Assembly (NCBI RefSeq): GCF_009914755.1
Contig: NC_060937.1
Direction: 5' to 3' (one strand)
Origin: the human T2T-CHM13v2.0 reference genome, Homo sapiens
Length of the DNA stretch: 64,000 nucleotides
Of this stretch, positions 59,180 to 64,000 are shown piece after piece. The notes under the pieces were generated by a model. It searched no databases and was not told the DNA's origin. It saw only the letters and a list, made by a program, of their open reading frames with translations. The stretch's first letter is position 1, and every line of letters starts with the position of its first letter. Both the position numbers and the translations under genes were made by a program.

Positions 59180-59463
59180 TCGAGATGGAGTTTCGTTCTT
59201 GCTGCCCAGGCTGGAGTGCAATGGCACAATCTAGGCTCACCGCAACCTCCACCTCCCGAGTTCAAGTGATTCTCCTGCCTCGGCTTCCCAAGTAGCTGGG
59301 ATTACAGGCACGCACCACCACACCTGGCTAATTTTGTATTTTTAGTAGAGACGGGGTTTCTCCATGTTGGTCAGGCTGGTCTTGTACTCCCGACCTCAGG
59401 TGATCTGCCTGCATCAGCCTCCCAAAGTGCTGAGATTACAGGTGTGAGCCACTGCTCTCGGCC
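59180..59463 (-). mobile_element. AluSp, essentially tail-less
   Basis: ctccatgttggtcaggctggtcttgtactcccgacctcagg diagnostic. Confidence 0.93.
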
Positions 59464-61091
59464 TACCATATTTCATAGCACCAATCACCAGGTCTGTCTC
59501 TGTGTAATAATATTTCCTTCATTTTTTAATAACGCAATTTTCTTTCCCCATCAGACCATAAACCACTAAGAGCAAAACTATGAATTTATTCACACCTTTG
59601 TGTGTTGCTGTTATGCATATAAGAGTATTCAAAAATTACTTTGTTTTTCTTTAATGTATTAATACAATAAATCTCCAAACTAATTTTTTCTTTTATAGGT
59701 CTTTATAAGCCTTGGTATAATTTATAAGCTTGGTTAATTAAATTTCTTTATGAAAATAATCATTGCATCAAATATTCATGGAGCTAGAATTTTTGGCATG
59801 CTAATGTCTTTTTACAGATGACAAGGTTGTGATTTGATCCATAACTACGGCCATGACTGCCAGGCTCTTGAAAAGATCTTGAATTCTTTTCACATACTTA
59901 TTACTCAAAGGCCATATTCCTTAGAACTGTTACATTTATTTATTAGTAACACCTTAATGTAAGATGGTAAAATAGCATCTGATTGAAGGCAGAAAAGCTC
60001 TCCTGCCATTGTCTGGCTTGCAGGCATAAGATTTAACATCTTTCTACTTACATATTTTCACCCATGATGGCATCCACTAAACCTAAATCAGTGTCTGGCT
60101 CATGAATGAACAAAATATAAGCTCAGAATGGCATAAGAAAACCTTATTCATGGATCCCATCCAAACACAAATTCACAATGCTTAAAAATGAAAAGTAAAT
60201 CCTGTAATGCTCAAATTTATGTAGTTATCTTAGAAAAAAAAAATATTTTTAATTGCCTGGAGTCCTCATAGCTTCTTGTTAAGCTTAACAAGAGGTATAA
60301 AGCCATGACTAAAATATTCACACTCCACTCTAGTCCCTATTTAAAAAAAATAAAAAAGGGAATCACTAGTTTATTCATCTTGCCTAATGACACAGAAGGG
60401 CAAAACAAGCACCCAAACAATGAATAATAATGTAAGAGCTCAGACTGTAAAATCAATATGTCAGATCAGCAGAGCTTTGCTTCGTTTTAGTGCTCTCATG
60501 TCTGAATGCAGCACAGCTTATCTTCTGAATTATATATATATATATTGGCCTAATTACATAAATATTGACTTTTCCTTATATGAAGTTTATTCTTTCAATC
60601 TCTCTGTAATTACCATGTCAATATTTGTGGCTGTAGTAACAATGAATTTAAATCTGTTAATTGTGACTGATAGTGGCATGCTATGAGATAATTCAGTCAC
60701 TTAGTCTCAGAACACTGATGGCACTAGATAATAAGTGATGAATCAGTAATTCCCTAGGTATATCGTACTAAGGTAAACATCTTTAAAAAGCAATTCTTTC
60801 AACCCAGTTAATTAAGGGGATAGTTTTTTCCTCAACTTGTCAGGTTTCATAACGTACGGAAGTAATAACCAGAATGCGACTGGATCTTGGTGTATGACTT
60901 TGCCCGCTTTTTTTTAAATGAAACACTTTATCCCTAACTTCATTCTCCAGTCCACCCATTAACAACTTCTTTGATCTGTTGATAGATATCTACACCTCCA
61001 TCCTCACAGCTGTATGTGTGTATGGAAGATATAATTTAACATTTGTTGCTATTATTCTTTGCTATTTGCTATTTCCATAAAGGTCCTAATT

Positions 61092-61478
61092 CCTGATCTC
61101 ACTTACATGTGGAATCTAAAATAGCTGAAGTCATAAAAGGGGAAAGTAAAAGGGTGGCTGCCAGGGGATGGATGTGGGGAAGGGAGGGGAGATGGTGGTT
61201 GGAGGGTACAAAGTTTAGTTAGACAGGAGGAAGAAATGTTTTAGACCATTGCGCAGCATGGTAACTATCATTCATAATGTACTGTATATTTCCAAATTGC
61301 CAAGAAGGTACATTTCAAATGTTCCCTCCACAAGAAAAATGCTAAGGATGTGAGGTGATGGATATGCTAGCCAGCTTGACTTTATCATTCCTCCTGGTAT
61401 ACTTGTCAAAATATCACATTGTACCCCATCAATATCTATAAAATTTGTCAAGTAAAAATGAAAATAAATTTGAAAAAG
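61092..61478 (+). mobile_element. L1MA (MA6-8-like) 3' end
   Basis: gatctcacttacatgtggaatctaaaa...gtgaggtgatggatatgcta; degenerate TSD aaaaggtcctaa/aaaagatcttag. Confidence 0.88.
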
Positions 61479-61930
61479 ATCTTAGGCCTACTTTATTCTA
61501 ATGTAAAATATGATCTGTAGAAATTCTACTTTTAAAAAATATTTTATTCAATTATATCGCCTCAACTGGTTTTATTTTCATGGGAAAAGTTTTCAGTTAC
61601 TGAAGGTGATAAATCTCTGAAACAAGAACTAATCCCATACCTAGGATATATTAATTAATTAAATGTCTTCACTTACTTACCAGTGGCAGAGAAATGTTCC
61701 AAAAATTTTAAAAAGCTAAAAATCTTTTCACTTTGCTCTTATAATATTTGAGAATTTTCACACAAGAGCTTGAACTCTCCAATCTAAGTAGGACAGAAAT
61801 ACCTGTGTCATATTAATTATGTTAGAGTTAGGTGAACATAGAGAATGGTCCCCAAAAACAATGCTGTCCACACTTTGAGTTTAAGAGTTGTTCTAGACGT
61901 ATTATGGTGAAGTGGTCATGCATCACCTGT

Positions 61931-61952
61931 GCTTTCTTATTTGCCTCTACAG
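61931..61952 (+). other. GPC5: 3' splice acceptor of GPC5 terminal exon (phase 1)
   Basis: gctttcttatttgcctctacAG|GG ATG. Confidence 0.9.
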
Positions 61953-62110
61953 GGATGCCAGATGATATGAACTTCAGTGATGTAAAGCAAATCCATCAAA
62001 CAGACACTGGCAGTACTTTAGACACAACAGGAGCAGGATGTGCAGTGGCGACTGAATCTATGACATTCACTCTGATAAGTGTGGTGATGTTACTTCCCGG
62101 GATTTGGTAA
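61953..62110 (+). CDS. GPC5: Glypican-5 terminal coding exon (C-terminus with GPI-anchor signal); partial CDS
   Basis: Translates (W)MPDDMNFSDVKQIHQTDTGSTLDTTGAGCAVATESMTFTLISVVMLLPGIW*, recognised as the GPC5 C-terminus; small-residue omega region followed by a hydrophobic tail. Confidence 0.95.
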
Positions 62111-62905
62111 CTGAACTCTTCTGTCCTGACATACCTTACTGAAGTCTCGATTTCTTCTCTCTCTGCATATGCCTGGAATAAGAGATCCTTTTTCAATGTA
62201 ACAATTATATTTATGAAAAGATATGTTACACTAACTTCTCAGAAGCCAAGCTGAAATATTCATAAAGTCCCTAAAACTCAACGTTTAAATGACACACTTT
62301 AAAAATATGTCTTTTTTCAATCTAACTGAAAACCTTCTTAACTTCTAATATATTAAATCTGAAGATGTGAAGGGCACAGAAGTGACTTTGAATAAGAAGA
62401 ATTTAGTGTATCTGTAATTTTATTATCAATTCCAAGCCCCTTCCTTTCTAAATTAAAAATGTTTTCATTTGAAAGTGTATTTGCCAGACAATGAAAACAG
62501 TATGCAGTATTTCTTAAAGTATTGAAATTAGAATATCATGAAATAAATCAAAACATACAATGGCAAGTAGTATGCATGCATATTCAAGAGACTCTTCCAT
62601 TTTTGCAAGCTGTAGAAGGAAATGTCTGAATGTCTATAAGTTATGGGGTAGATTCTTGAGAAGCATTTCATATAATTTCACTGAAGAACCTTGATAATTT
62701 TGACCCACTGTAACTTAGCCACTGATGAACCTTAAAGCTGAGTATTTTATTAACACCTGATTTGTATTCCATTATATTCAAAATGCATCTTTGGTATTGT
62801 GCCTCTGCTCCCATCTCTCTCTTTGCCTCATAGATTTAGCTATGTTGGGAAGCACATGCTTGCTCTAGGAATATCTCCAATAAAGCTGTTAACTATTTGG
62901 TGGAA
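62111..62905 (+). other. GPC5: GPC5 3' UTR (end approximate)
   Basis: Repeat-free AT-rich sequence from the stop codon to ~20 nt past AATAAA. Confidence 0.75.
62879..62884 (+). terminator. GPC5: Poly(A) signal AATAAA (probable main site)
   Basis: AATAAA with U-rich downstream element atatttgtcattttcttct at ~62916-62935. Confidence 0.75.
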
Positions 62906-64000
62906 AAATTTGAAGAATATTTGTCATTTTCTTCTGGCAAAAATGCTATTTTCACCCATTTTCAAAATATTATGTACTACTTTTTAAAGCCTGATGTTGT
63001 ACAATTGGCTACCTTTGCATTTCTAAGGTTCCTATGAATATCTGCAGACATGTACAGAAAAGATGATATGCAACACTTTAGCTCTTTCCTATTTGCTCAT
63101 TAATGGAGCTGCAAACCAACAGTCCCTAATTTCTCAGTTGGGATAAGTTGCCTCAATAGACACTAATAGGATATGTATATGGCTATACTTGAGGAAAAGA
63201 GAAGTTAGTTTTTATTAATAAGTATCACATCCAGTCTACAGAGAGAAAATATAATTAATACAAAGTCACAGAATAGAAAAGGGAATTGCTGACCTCAAAT
63301 AAAAAAAAACAAAAAAAAATTTGAAATGACTTCTGACAAAGACGTAAACAAGACACAGCCAAATGCAAACATTAATAAGGTAAAATCCGTTTCTGCTAGT
63401 CAGGAAACAATATATGATCAAACCTTGTTCTCGCTTAAGTTCTCAATTAACAAAATGATCTAAGGATGGTTAGTTTAAATCACAACATTTTTAAGCTGCC
63501 CAATCAGGTTTTACCCTCCATTCAAACATGCCTCAGAACCGTAAGTGTTATTCTACCCATCAGTTGTGGATGCCATTTTCCTAGGCTTCCATTCCACACC
63601 TAACATTCCCTGATCCATTCAGTTAATAACTCATTTGCACTCACCTTGACACACTCCACAAATTACAAACTTAACCCTATTTTGAAAATTTTTTACTTCA
63701 ACCTCAGCTCTTCATTTAAATCAGTCTTGGAAAAAAGTGATACTAAGGCACTCATTTGCTGCCCTCCAGCCCAAGTCATGATTGGCTTGCTACGGCAAAA
63801 TTTCAGACCCAACTTAAGAGGAATTTAATTCTAAAGACAAACAAACTGAAGAGCATGCTTTAGCAGTCTAAGATATATGGATAAAATTAATTGACAGAAG
63901 ATAATTTCAGATATGGCAAGAAATGGACAAAAGCAGAGTGGTAAAGTCAATACAAGAAATGATTATTTTTTTTTAAACTAAGTTTTACATGCTCAGATGG

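Noticed and set aside
61832-61952. N-terminal extension of ORF 61832-62110
   Set aside because: Starts at GTG in intronic sequence upstream of a clear acceptor; only 61953 onward matches GPC5

Overview
This is primate (human-like) genomic DNA: AT-rich, CpG-poor, and with many Alu, L1, L2, MIR, LTR and Tigger relics. The only supported gene content is the terminal exon of glypican-5 (GPC5, + strand), with the splice acceptor AG at 61951-61952, CDS at 61953-62110 (C-terminal GPI-anchor signal) and a 3' UTR with several poly(A) signals. Bases 1-61952 are therefore the 3' part of the very long last GPC5 intron. All other ORFs in the track are decayed transposon frames or chance ORFs. I see no convincing new multi-gene system. 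The most interesting observations are: (i) a sense THE1 LTR with an intact DUX4 motif, TATA box and a phase-1 splice donor that would join GPC5's last exon in frame; (ii) a two-template insertion at 5335-5437 copied from sequences 2-3 kb upstream; (iii) two L1 twin-priming inversions; (iv) several local duplication and fold-back scars. Repeat subfamily names come from recalled consensus sequences, not from a database search, and boundaries of old repeats are approximate.
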